DNA of 49,221 nucleotides, from positions 1-49,221 of IMG/VR virus record IMGVR_UViG_3300037470_000364. The stretch is one strand, 5' to 3'. Positions 1 through 8,183 of the stretch are shown piece after piece. Source of the stretch: a virus. Taxonomy: Duplodnaviria; Caudoviricetes. The first letter of the stretch is position 1, and every line of letters starts with the position of its first letter. The notes beneath the pieces were generated by a model, which was not told where the DNA came from, made no database searches, and worked only from the letters and a program-made list of their open reading frames with translations. The position numbers and the translations under genes are program-made.

Positions 1-127
1 GAGCAGGCTTTCGTGCCCCGCCAAAATAAGGGCCGCCTTCCAGTCTTCGTAGAAGTCCCTGTCCTTGGGATAGTGCTTTGCGTCGAAGTCCAGCACTTCC
101 AAAGCGCCTGAAACGTCGCCGCAAAGC
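1..127. repeat. 127-bp terminal direct repeat (copy at 49095-49221); circular-assembly overlap
   Basis: Bases 1-127 are identical to the last 127 bases and a CDS reads through the join; 127 is a common assembler k-mer. Confidence 0.95.
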
Positions 128-291
128 ACAGCGATCCCCCAAGCCGCGCCGAAGAGCTGCGACACTTCGCAGTCCGCCATGCGCTCCTTTTGGAACCGGC
201 CCCACTTCACGGTGGACCGCTTGTCGTCGCCTACGGGTATCACGGAACACCCTGCTTTCAAGAACTTTTGCGCCGCCTCAACCATCGTCAC
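1..291 (-). CDS. 5' part of bifunctional primase-polymerase/helicase (continues across the join)
   Basis: GTG at 291 after GGAGGG; translates MTMVEAAQKFLKAGCSVIPVGDDKRSTVKWGRFQ...GIAVLCGDVSGALEVLDFD, a typical PrimPol N-terminus in frame with 47388-49196. Confidence 0.9.
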   Translation of the reverse strand, partial: MTMVEAAQKFLKAGCSVIPVGDDKRSTVKWGRFQKERMADCEVSQLFGAAWGIAVLCGDVSGALEVLDFDAKHYPKDRDFYEDWKAALILAGHESLL

Positions 292-427
292 GCCCTACCC
301 TCCATCCAAGGTCGTCGGCCCAGGCGTCGAGGCGCATGGAGAGAGAGACTAGCGGCGACAAAAGAACGGTAAGCGCGCTCGCCAAGAAACGAACGGACTT
401 CTGTGCGAACGTCGGCCTGTGCGTCAC
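278..427 (-). CDS. small hypothetical protein (49 aa)
   Basis: GTGA-coupled to the upstream gene and fills the gap; not in ORF track. Confidence 0.4.
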   Translation of the reverse strand: MTHRPTFAQKSVRFLASALTVLLSPLVSLSMRLDAWADDLGWRVGRDDG

Positions 428-831
428 GCCTTCCCCACCCCTAACGCTTCGATGATGGCGAGCACGTCCTCTCTAACCCCTTCGTCGTGCCCCATCTGCA
501 ACCGTATCTTCTCTGCCCCGTACATGGTTGAGGAGTGGTCCCTTCCTGAAAACTTGCCTATGCTCGCCCAAGAGTCGCCCCTGAGTTTTCTTGCTAAATG
601 CCACGCGATGTGCCGCGCACGGGATATGTACGCGAGCCTTGAGGGGCCTAAGACCTCCTCGCAGGTGGCACCGCACCGCTGGGCCGAAGCCCGCAGAATG
701 GCGTCCATTGACGGCCTCTTGCCGTTCGCGGTGAGAATCCTTACCGCTAGAGCCGCGTCCTGTCCAGAGATTATCCGTAGGTTCTTCTCGACCTCGGACT
801 TTACGAGTTCTCTGACTTCTTGCTCCGTCAT
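424..831 (-). CDS. DnaA C-terminal (domain IV) HTH DNA-binding protein
   Basis: SRARHIAWHLARKL...SWASIGKFSGRDHSSTMYG matches the DnaA domain IV signature; start MTEQEV at 831. Confidence 0.85.
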   Translation of the reverse strand: MTEQEVRELVKSEVEKNLRIISGQDAALAVRILTANGKRPSMDAILRASAQRCGATCEEVLGPSRLAYISRARHIAWHLARKLRGDSWASIGKFSGRDHSSTMYGAEKIRLQMGHDEGVREDVLAIIEALGVGKA

Positions 832-1025
832 GTCAGCCTCTGCGCCTCCCTGAAACTTCCGAACGGCTTGAACCCGTCGGCTAGAACTGAACCGGAAGGA
901 CGCCTGAGCATCCGTTCGTACCCGCTCGCGCACTTCACGAACGCGGCGAAAATCGTCCCTTCCATCTGGTCGAGGTACAACGCTTGCTCTTCGCCAGACA
1001 TCGAGTCCCATAATTGTTTCGTCAC
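828..1025 (-). CDS. hypothetical protein
   Basis: GTG start overlapping the upstream stop; coupled at both ends. Confidence 0.6.
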   Translation of the reverse strand: MTKQLWDSMSGEEQALYLDQMEGTIFAAFVKCASGYERMLRRPSGSVLADGFKPFGSFREAQRLT

Positions 1026-1216
1026 GCCGCCCTCCCTTGGTTGTCCCACTCGGCGCAACAGTCGTGGCAGAAAAGCACGTTTGGGCCGTTCGTGGACGGG
1101 CGTTCCGAGAACCCCTCCCATCCGTGGTTCTCGCCCTTGGACGGGCCGCGCCGGTCTATCCGTGGGTCCCAACCACAGTTCTCGCACACGCACGCCGGGC
1201 GTCCGATGGGCCTCAC
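1022..1216 (-). CDS. small Cys-rich (zinc-binding) protein
   Basis: CENC...CHDC pairs; GTGA coupling to the RuvC-like gene. Confidence 0.6.
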   Translation of the reverse strand: MRPIGRPACVCENCGWDPRIDRRGPSKGENHGWEGFSERPSTNGPNVLFCHDCCAEWDNQGRAA

Positions 1217-1674
1217 GCCAGACCTCCATGAAGCCCGCCCTCGGTGACGTATGTGGCGAGCGCGAACGCCTGCCAAAGGTCTTTTGTGAGCCCGTAAGTG
1301 AGCCCTGGGGAGGCTTTCAGACCCGGCGGCCCGTACTTCTCGATCAGCGCACCACGAACGTCCGCGTCCTTGCTAGACGGCCTTCCCGTATGGAAGCGTT
1401 TTACGTCAATGCGCTTGACCCGGTGGAAGCGCGAGAACACGGAAACCACGGAAGCCTGGTCGAACTTTCCGACCCAGTAGCAGGTCTCGAAAACTTCCTT
1501 GCCGACGCGCATCCCGTAGGAACTGATCCACTCGCAGTAAATCTCAACTTCGGGCCGTCGCTGAATCTCCATCAAGACCTTGCGGTTTTCGACTATCGCC
1601 TTGTTGCCGAGAACCCTCCCGTCCCATTCGAGGATCGCGGACTTCTCTGTGCCAGGGTCAATCGCTAGGATCAT
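1213..1674 (-). CDS. RuvC-like Holliday junction resolvase
   Basis: N-terminal ILAIDPG, central E, SKDADV and C-terminal DLWQAFALA follow the RuvC pattern. Confidence 0.8.
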   Translation of the reverse strand: MILAIDPGTEKSAILEWDGRVLGNKAIVENRKVLMEIQRRPEVEIYCEWISSYGMRVGKEVFETCYWVGKFDQASVVSVFSRFHRVKRIDVKRFHTGRPSSKDADVRGALIEKYGPPGLKASPGLTYGLTKDLWQAFALATYVTEGGLHGGLA

Positions 1675-2066
1675 GCGGCCTCCAGCGATTCCCAGAACTC
1701 AGACCAGGGCCGTTTCGTTACCCGGTCAATCTCCGCCTCTACTTCGTCCAAGTCCTTCTTCAACCAAGTGGTGCGACCGAGCAGCTTCAGGTAGTCTTGC
1801 AGCCCTGGTTTCGCCGATTCGATGAAGCGGTCGTGGAAGGCTTCGTCGTCGTGGAAGTCCTGGTGGCACCAACAGCAGAGCGGCATGAGGTTCGCGGGAC
1901 AGAGCTTGAGCGAGGCGTCCGAGCCCTTTGAGACGATGTGGTGCGCGTGGTCTGGGCGGAACCGCTCGCAATAAAAACACGCGGGATGGCTTCGCACCCA
2001 AGCACCCAACCTGCCCTCCAAAGCCTTTCTCCTGACGGCCTTCGGGCTGCGGGAGCGGCGTCTCAC
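1671..2066 (-). CDS. HNH endonuclease
   Basis: CFYC...HAHHIV...NLMPLCCWCH..H motif. Confidence 0.8.
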   Translation of the reverse strand: MRRRSRSPKAVRRKALEGRLGAWVRSHPACFYCERFRPDHAHHIVSKGSDASLKLCPANLMPLCCWCHQDFHDDEAFHDRFIESAKPGLQDYLKLLGRTTWLKKDLDEVEAEIDRVTKRPWSEFWESLEAA

Positions 2067-2290
2067 GGCTTTTCCTCCTTGCTGATGAGCCGTTGCTCGA
2101 TTCCAATCAGGTAGCCGACGATCAGGAAAAGCAGGGCGCGGTCGGTGTTCCCGGCCAGGTAGCTTTGAACCGACCAAGTGAGGCTGACGACCATTGCCGC
2201 GAGAGCGATCAAATGCCAGACCAGCCGCCAGACCAGGACGCGCTTCTTTCGTTCAAGGTCAGCGATCAGAGAGTCGAACCGCCCGCTCAC
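2063..2290 (-). CDS. small membrane protein
   Basis: Two hydrophobic segments; coupled to neighbours. Confidence 0.65.
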   Translation of the reverse strand: MSGRFDSLIADLERKKRVLVWRLVWHLIALAAMVVSLTWSVQSYLAGNTDRALLFLIVGYLIGIEQRLISKEEKP

Positions 2291-2553
2291 TTCCTCACCT
2301 CCGCAACCTCGTCCGCGATCTGTCTCACGAGCGAGTCCGAGAGCATGACCTTCGCCGAGAGGTAAGCGTCTTCCGTCAGCGCGCTCGCCAAAAGAACATC
2401 AACCTCTTCAGCGGATTCAGAAACTATCGCGTAAGAGTCCGACTTGAGGGATATCCGGGTCCCTTCCCTTGCAGGACAGACCATTGCGACCTGTGAAGGG
2501 CGGACGTACACCGAGCCCCCGTGCCAACAGGTCAGCTTTGCCATGCCCCTCAT
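2287..2553 (-). CDS. hypothetical protein, FlbD/SwrD-like
   Basis: KLT..GGSVYVRPSQV...TRISL...IVSESAEEV resembles the FlbD-family pattern (by eye). Confidence 0.5.
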   Translation of the reverse strand: MRGMAKLTCWHGGSVYVRPSQVAMVCPAREGTRISLKSDSYAIVSESAEEVDVLLASALTEDAYLSAKVMLSDSLVRQIADEVAEVRK

Positions 2554-2726
2554 GCCGACTCCTGCTTGGGCTGGGCCTTCGCGGCCTCGACCAGGGCGAC
2601 GACCTTGTAGAGCCTTTGCCGGGTGATCCCGAGCGACTTGCACAGGTCCTCGACCGTGCCGATCCTGTCCTTTTCGGCCTGCCAAGCCTTGTAGCGGTCG
2701 TAGATGTCGTCACGCCGTTTACGCAT
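2550..2726 (-). CDS. Cro-like HTH regulator
   Basis: TVEDLCKSLGITRQRLYKVV HTH; divergent from the CI-like gene. Confidence 0.75.
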   Translation of the reverse strand: MRKRRDDIYDRYKAWQAEKDRIGTVEDLCKSLGITRQRLYKVVALVEAAKAQPKQESA

Positions 2727-2733
2727 TGCACCC

Positions 2734-2762
2734 AGTTTACAGGTACTTCTACCGTTTGTCAA
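2734..2762 (-). promoter_or_regulatory. sigma70-type promoter for cro, leaderless
   Basis: TTGACA-17 bp-TAAACT, 7 nt before the ATG at 2726. Confidence 0.75.
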
Positions 2763-2792
2763 CCCCTATTTTACGCGGTACCCTCCTAAATC

Positions 2793-3434
2793 GTGGTCGT
2801 GGCACTCGACCCTCGGGCGAAAACGGTTCTGGACGCCCTGAAAGAGCGCGGCCTGAGCATCAGTTGGGCGGCCAAGCGCATCGGAGAATCGCGGCAGTCG
2901 GTGAGGAACTGGCTGACGGGCGAACGTGCGCCAAACGACCCCTCGGTGTACGAACGGCTCCTTGGTGCCATCCAGGGGCAGAGTGGCTTTGTAGGCGAAG
3001 CTAGGGCCGTCTACGGGGCTACTACGACGATGGTCAGGGTGCCCGTCTACACCGTAGGTGCGGCAGGGGAGTGGTCGCAAGCGGACCCCGAGGGCGAGAT
3101 CGCCCTGCCAGCCCTCTTTGTCTGGCCCGACTACCGCCCCGTCCTGATAGAGGGGTTCAGCATGGCCCCGCACATCCTACCGGGCGACATAGCTATCTTC
3201 CGCGAGTGGCAGGTGCCCAAGGTCGGGTTCGTAAACGCCGTTTCCAAGGACGGCCAGCTTATGGTAAAACTGGTCTCGATGGACGACGGGCAGATCGCCC
3301 TCAGATCGTTCAACCCCGAAGCCAGAGGGGTCAGCCCCGACGGGGTAAGGGCCCTCGGGTACCTGGTCGGGCTCTACCGGGACGACGGTACCGAGTCGTT
3401 CTACAGGCACAACCGGGGCGGGCTCCGCTTCTAG
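2793..3434 (+). CDS. cI: CI/LexA-like repressor (HTH plus S24 peptidase)
   Basis: N-terminal HTH (SISWAAKRIGESRQSVRNWLTG); IEGFSMAP catalytic Ser, LMVK Lys and an AG cleavage dipeptide. Confidence 0.9.
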   Translation: MVVALDPRAKTVLDALKERGLSISWAAKRIGESRQSVRNWLTGERAPNDPSVYERLLGAIQGQSGFVGEARAVYGATTTMVRVPVYTVGAAGEWSQADPEGEIALPALFVWPDYRPVLIEGFSMAPHILPGDIAIFREWQVPKVGFVNAVSKDGQLMVKLVSMDDGQIALRSFNPEARGVSPDGVRALGYLVGLYRDDGTESFYRHNRGGLRF

Positions 3435-3499
3435 GCCGCTCGCCAGCTAGCAAAAATACCAGTTTGTAGGTTGTCAACCCCCCATTCGTAAAATAGCCG

Positions 3500-3528
3500 T
3501 TGACAAATCGCACCCGTGGGCGCATAAT
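3500..3528 (+). promoter_or_regulatory. strong sigma70-type early promoter
   Basis: TTGACA-17 bp-CATAAT upstream of the rightward operon. Confidence 0.8.
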
Positions 3529-3555
3529 GTAATCACGCGGCTGAGGAGCCGCCAC

Positions 3556-3843
3556 GTGATGAAACAACAGGATTTAGACAGAGCGACCGTCCGGTACGCG
3601 ATCTTCGAGGTAAGGCTCGACGGCCAGACGTACAACGCGGTCTGGTTCCAGGGCAAGTTCACCAAGTGCGAGGTCCAGGCCGCGCACCCCCACCCGGTCA
3701 CAGGGGCAGAGGTCAAGCACGACGTGACGGTGAGCTATTCGGACTTCGAGTGCGGGCCGACCGACGACAACGCGCTCGCCTACACCATAGCCTCGATAGC
3801 AGAGTCAAAGGCTCTTTTTGAAGAGACCGCAAGGAGGGCCTGA
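3556..3843 (+). CDS. hypothetical early protein
   Basis: First ORF after the promoter, SD GAGGAG. Confidence 0.7.
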   Translation: MMKQQDLDRATVRYAIFEVRLDGQTYNAVWFQGKFTKCEVQAAHPHPVTGAEVKHDVTVSYSDFECGPTDDNALAYTIASIAESKALFEETARRA

Positions 3844-3844
3844 A

Positions 3845-4303
3845 GTGAAGCCCCCCAAAAAGCTGTGGAAACTATTGGAGCTTGCCATGACCGACCTCGC
3901 AAAAGCAGAGCGGTCTAAGAAGTTCGATGTAGATATGAGCGAGTGGATGTCCACCAACGGAAAGTGCTCGGTCTGTCTCGCGGGGAGCGTCATGGCGTTC
4001 TCTTTGGACGGTGTGGCGAAGTGCGAGGCGGAAGGATGGACGCATGAGGGGCGCAAGTCCCTCGGCATAGACTATTTCCCCGGCTGGGACGGTGCGCTCC
4101 TTGCGATTGACTCTGCCCGCTCGGGAATGATGTTCCGCGCCTACGACCAGGCGACTGGCATGGACGCATTCGACGCCCGCGATAAGACGAAAGCCGCTCT
4201 CAGGGCCGCGTCCTTTGATGACCCCGACTACCACAAGGACAAGACGACATGGAAGCGGCAGATGCGGAAGTCAATCCGAACCCTGAAGGAGGCGAACGTA
4301 TGA
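3845..4303 (+). CDS. hypothetical phage protein
   Basis: FDVDMSEW...CSVCLAGSVM motif; GTG after AGGAGGG. Confidence 0.7.
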   Translation: MKPPKKLWKLLELAMTDLAKAERSKKFDVDMSEWMSTNGKCSVCLAGSVMAFSLDGVAKCEAEGWTHEGRKSLGIDYFPGWDGALLAIDSARSGMMFRAYDQATGMDAFDARDKTKAALRAASFDDPDYHKDKTTWKRQMRKSIRTLKEANV

Positions 4304-4497
4304 CCTACTTTGGAAACATCCCGGTCAATACCGACCAAGTTGAAGAGCCGACGTTCTGCCAAACGTGCAAGAACCCGCTCGACGTAGAGTTCTGCCCGAT
4401 CTGTGAGGAGCACACCGCGCTCATCGGACAGACCGAGATGGACGAAGCGGACGACGAAATGGCTAAGGCGTTGGCAGTAGACCCGGAGGACGAGTGA
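4300..4497 (+). CDS. small zinc-ribbon protein
   Basis: CQTC..CPIC; ATGA coupling, SD AGGAGG. Confidence 0.65.
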   Translation: MTYFGNIPVNTDQVEEPTFCQTCKNPLDVEFCPICEEHTALIGQTEMDEADDEMAKALAVDPEDE

Positions 4498-4498
4498 C

Positions 4499-4801
4499 AT
4501 GGTTATTTACAACGCACCAAACACCACGATCTACAAGTACCCGTTCAACATCGGGGACACCGTAATCCTGCGCTTGCCAGCCGGGGCCGAGGTCATCAAG
4601 TGGGACGTCCAGAACGGGGTTCCCTATGTATGGGCGAAGGTCAATCCCGACAACCCGTGGCAAGACCAGCGGTTCCAACTTCGCGGTACCGGGCACCCGC
4701 TCGGTGAAGTCGGCAAACACTTGGCGACGTTCTTCCACGGCCCGTTCGTGTGGCACGTGTTCGCCCTCGCCAAAGAAGCGACAGGCACGGAGACCGAATG
4801 A
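4499..4801 (+). CDS. conserved phage protein (DUF7352-like)
   Basis: TIYKYP...LPAGAEV...VWAKV...GTGHP...FVWHVF pattern. Confidence 0.7.
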   Translation: MVIYNAPNTTIYKYPFNIGDTVILRLPAGAEVIKWDVQNGVPYVWAKVNPDNPWQDQRFQLRGTGHPLGEVGKHLATFFHGPFVWHVFALAKEATGTETE

Positions 4802-5082
4802 AGAAGCACTATGTTTTGTTAGAGGGGGCTCCAGCAGAAGCCTTCTACCTCGCCTCAGAAGTAGACGCCGAACTCGCACGCCTTAGAGGGGAGCTAGAGG
4901 GGCTGAGGTTGGCTGGGCGACCGTTTGCGAGGTTCTCTGAATCGTGTGGAAAGATGCACGGTGCCAGGACAGCCATCTCCCGCTCGTGGATAGACGTAGA
5001 CGGCTCGCGGGAAGAGCGACTTACCGAGGAGCACTTTGTATCGCTCAAGGCTGCCCTTGACGCGACAGGGGGAGGGGCGTGA
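4798..5082 (+). CDS. hypothetical protein
   Basis: ATGA-coupled ORF. Confidence 0.6.
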   Translation: MKKHYVLLEGAPAEAFYLASEVDAELARLRGELEGLRLAGRPFARFSESCGKMHGARTAISRSWIDVDGSREERLTEEHFVSLKAALDATGGGA

Positions 5083-5333
5083 TGACTGAGGCTCGGCTCA
5101 GCAAGAACCCGTTGCGCGACGGAACGACGCAAGAAGCGTGCCGCGAGGCTTGCGAGATGTTCGACCACTTCTACGAAGCGGTGATGGAGGAGGTCGAAGA
5201 GCGGGCGGACTGCGAGCAGGTTGACGCGGCGCTTACCTGGCACATCGGCAGGAACCTGGGACTGATAAAGAAGAAGGCGCAGCCCGCCCTCTCAGACACA
5301 GCAGGTAAAGACAGCGCACAGGTGGACAAGTGA
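5079..5333 (+). CDS. hypothetical protein
   Basis: GTGA-coupled ORF with SD. Confidence 0.6.
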   Translation: MMTEARLSKNPLRDGTTQEACREACEMFDHFYEAVMEEVEERADCEQVDAALTWHIGRNLGLIKKKAQPALSDTAGKDSAQVDK

Positions 5334-5569
5334 ACTTCTACCCGAACCCGAGGAACAAGTTTGCGATAGCGCAACGGGAACTGAACATAGTCCAGCGCCT
5401 AGACCGCATTGACCGCAACCTGCTCAACCTGAAAGTAAGCCACTCGAAGGTGAGGGTGCAGGTCGGAATGGCCCGCGTAGCGAGCGAGAACGTGATAAGG
5501 CACTTCGCGCAGCTCAGGGCCGACATCCACGAGTTTACAGCCGACAGACAAGAGACATCAGGAAACTAA
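5330..5569 (+). CDS. hypothetical protein
   Basis: GTGA-coupled ORF. Confidence 0.6.
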   Translation: MNFYPNPRNKFAIAQRELNIVQRLDRIDRNLLNLKVSHSKVRVQVGMARVASENVIRHFAQLRADIHEFTADRQETSGN

Positions 5570-5570
5570 C

Positions 5571-6116
5571 ATGAACGAAACACAAGAGCAAGAAGTACAG
5601 CACGTCGGACACGGGACGGAAAAGAGCGAGGGGGCTGGAGGCCCGTATCTACGGCTCAAATCGGACGGGCAAAAAATCCGCATCCGCATGGTGTCCGACC
5701 CGATCAAGTTCAAGAAGTCCTACCAAGGCAAGGTGCAGGACGCCTTCGCCTGCAAGGTCATCAACAAAACGACCGGGCCGGACGGCAAGACGGTGGAGAA
5801 AGAGGTCATGGGGTTCCAATACGGCTGGCTGATCTACGAGAAGGTCGCAGACCTGTGCAACGACTCAGAGTGGGGAGACCCTATCAACTACGACCTGGAG
5901 ATTACGCGCAACGGTGGGACGCCCAGCAAGTTCTACTCTGTCATCCCCAAGCCCGCCAAGCCCCTGACGAACGAGGACAAAGAAATGGTCGCTGCCGCAG
6001 ACGTTGATCTCGTGAAGATGTACGTCAAGGCCGACGACCAGCAGCACCCGAGCGAGCAAGCGCAGACTGCGCGGCCTGGGGCGGACGATGAGTACGACCC
6101 GTTCGCAAACGAATAA
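5571..6116 (+). CDS. single-stranded DNA-binding protein (phage type)
   Basis: YLRLK..G...IR, WGDP..YDLEITRNG...YSVIP and acidic/aromatic tail ADDEYDPF. Confidence 0.7.
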   Translation: MNETQEQEVQHVGHGTEKSEGAGGPYLRLKSDGQKIRIRMVSDPIKFKKSYQGKVQDAFACKVINKTTGPDGKTVEKEVMGFQYGWLIYEKVADLCNDSEWGDPINYDLEITRNGGTPSKFYSVIPKPAKPLTNEDKEMVAAADVDLVKMYVKADDQQHPSEQAQTARPGADDEYDPFANE

Positions 6117-6366
6117 GAGGCGCGACTATGAGATACCGATACGCTGCGACGGCATGGACCCCGACTGGTTCCACTTCTCTATGGAGTCGCGGAGCCGGAA
6201 GGGGCTGTTCCACGAGATGCACGTTGATAGGAGGAACGGCGTCATCGTCTGTTCCTGCGAGGACGCGGTCTACCGCAAGAAGCGGGGGTACGTGCTCGAC
6301 ACCGACTCCCCGATCGTGTGCTACCACGTCGGACGCCTTTTGCACGAGTTCAAGGCGGTCATCTAG
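6088..6366 (+). CDS. SWIM-type zinc finger protein
   Basis: CSCED...CYHV (CxC...CxH); start uncertain. Confidence 0.7.
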   Translation: MSTTRSQTNKRRDYEIPIRCDGMDPDWFHFSMESRSRKGLFHEMHVDRRNGVIVCSCEDAVYRKKRGYVLDTDSPIVCYHVGRLLHEFKAVI

Positions 6367-6433
6367 GCTCTCCGTGGCGGTCTCCGGTCCTCTTTTCCTC
6401 GGGACAGGGGCCGCCATTGAGGGAGGGGAATAA

Positions 6434-6886
6434 ATGGCGAGCGCAACGATGCTAATGGCGATGAAGAGGCCGATTGCGAGCAAGCGCACGGTATCGCGCT
6501 ACTACTACAGCGGCAAGGGTTACGCGAACCGTGGAATCCTGTACCGCGCAATCGCCAAGAAGATGCTGAAGGAGATGGTGTTCAAGGGCGTTTCGTTGGA
6601 GATGTACGATATACCCCACGGCCTGTCCGCAGAAGAAGAGCGGGCTTGGTCTCGAAATGCGATGGACGCTATTTTCGCAAAGCACTTCCCCCACGAGCCG
6701 GGTTGCACTCGCGTCTACGGCGGATGTAGAGGGTGGGAGCCGCTGCCTGGAGGCGATGGCGAAGCGCACCACGACTTCCAGTCATGCCGCTACGCACAGA
6801 CGAAGTGGATAGAAGCCAAGGCAAAGGCACTCAGGGCATACGACGACGCGCTCGCCAAAGACAAAGAGGGGGAAGGACGTGGCTGA
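6434..6886 (+). CDS. hypothetical protein
   Basis: Strong SD GGGAGGGG; start 6434 or a downstream ATG. Confidence 0.65.
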   Translation: MASATMLMAMKRPIASKRTVSRYYYSGKGYANRGILYRAIAKKMLKEMVFKGVSLEMYDIPHGLSAEEERAWSRNAMDAIFAKHFPHEPGCTRVYGGCRGWEPLPGGDGEAHHDFQSCRYAQTKWIEAKAKALRAYDDALAKDKEGEGRG

Positions 6887-7697
6887 GTACGGGATCAGGT
6901 TCCGTGGCGGGGTGTTCTGCGACGCGAGGGGCTGGGGCGTGATCGTGGTCATTGACGCGCTCGGTAAGCGGCAGGAGTACAGGGGAGACGAACGCTATAG
7001 CGAGCAGGCGGCAGAGGCGGAGTACCGCAAGGTGCGCGAGGCGGTGCTTCCGATCCTACAAGAATGCGGCCCGCTCGAAGGCTTCGACCCGTTCGACAAG
7101 AGGCACGTCCAGTCGCTCGCCAAAGCCCACGACTACGGAGGACAAATGACAAACGAAGAACGGAAGGACGTGGTTGAGAAGATGAAGTACACGAAGAAAC
7201 CGATTACGGTCGAAGCGATCCAATGGACTGGCCGCAACTTCAGCGGGCTCTGGAACTGGGCTTATGTGTACGGCGAGCGACACGTTTTGCAGGCCGGGAC
7301 TGGGTGGAACAAGGCCCGCCCGATCCCCCCTGACGAGCGGTTGGTCACCGTCCTTACCCTCAACGGCCCGGTCGAGGCGTCGGTCGGCGAGTGGATCATC
7401 AAAGGCGTTGAGGGCGAGTTCTACCCATGTGCCCCAGACATATTTGAGGCCACCTACTCGCCATACGATCCGGCCCTCATACCGGAAGCAGACGCAGAGA
7501 CAGCACGTCTCAAGGCCCAGGTAGAGCGGCTGAGAGAGGCGATGGGCCGCATAGAGACGCTGACAGACGACGCGATAACTGGCATGACGCTAGCGTTCCC
7601 GTTGCAAAACGGCAGTTACGTGGACTCTCGCTTGCAAAAGATCAGGGCGCAAATCGGGGTAGCCCGCGCCGCCCTCTCGGAGGAACAGAATGGCTAA
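6879..7697 (+). CDS. phage protein with PGDYG-like domain
   Basis: KKPITVEAIQW...TLNG...ASVGEWIIKGVEGEFYPCAPDIFEATY. Confidence 0.75.
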   Translation: MAEYGIRFRGGVFCDARGWGVIVVIDALGKRQEYRGDERYSEQAAEAEYRKVREAVLPILQECGPLEGFDPFDKRHVQSLAKAHDYGGQMTNEERKDVVEKMKYTKKPITVEAIQWTGRNFSGLWNWAYVYGERHVLQAGTGWNKARPIPPDERLVTVLTLNGPVEASVGEWIIKGVEGEFYPCAPDIFEATYSPYDPALIPEADAETARLKAQVERLREAMGRIETLTDDAITGMTLAFPLQNGSYVDSRLQKIRAQIGVARAALSEEQNG

Positions 7698-7908
7698 CAA
7701 GAACTACTGGTTTGTTATGGGCGCACGAGGCCCCGGCAGTCCGAACCACGCAATGGTCACAGGATACGCCGACGATGGGACGCTCTACTTTGGGCGCGAG
7801 GCTACGCTGTTCACGACTTACGCAAAGGCCCGGTCGGCAATGAGGGCGACGCTCAAGAGAAGCCCCGACTTGCTGATGGAAGTCAAGCGCGGCGAGGTGA
7901 GGTCTTGA
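7690..7908 (+). CDS. hypothetical protein
   Basis: SD GGAGGA, overlapping coupling. Confidence 0.6.
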   Translation: MANKNYWFVMGARGPGSPNHAMVTGYADDGTLYFGREATLFTTYAKARSAMRATLKRSPDLLMEVKRGEVRS

Positions 7909-8183
7909 ACCCCCGCTCTTACCGTCCCCACCGCTTCAGCGTACTTGCCGTAGTCCTTGCCTGCGTCCTTTTCGTCGCGGCGTACGAAGTCAGGCTTTGG
8001 TTCCGAGACGAGGAGATAGACCGATACGGGCGGGAGACGGAGCTAGTCGAACTCAGGGCGTCCAACTTCTTCAAATCGAGGAAGATAGACCGCCTGACCG
8101 AGTTCCACATCGAACTGCCAGAGCCAGACAGGAAGAAGGCTACAGAACGGTTGAGGGCGATATTCGCCAGGATGGAAAAATGA
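7905..8183 (+). CDS. single-pass membrane protein
   Basis: FSVLAVVLACVLFVAAY hydrophobic helix. Confidence 0.6.
   Translation: MNPRSYRPHRFSVLAVVLACVLFVAAYEVRLWFRDEEIDRYGRETELVELRASNFFKSRKIDRLTEFHIELPEPDRKKATERLRAIFARMEK

Noticed and set aside
1-127. Biological terminal repeat
   Set aside because: It lies inside a CDS and equals a typical assembler k-mer; best explained as circular overlap
7146-7178. MTNEERKDVVE as a third copy of the TDEERKAAVE peptide
   Set aside because: Common helix-capping pattern with weak DNA identity
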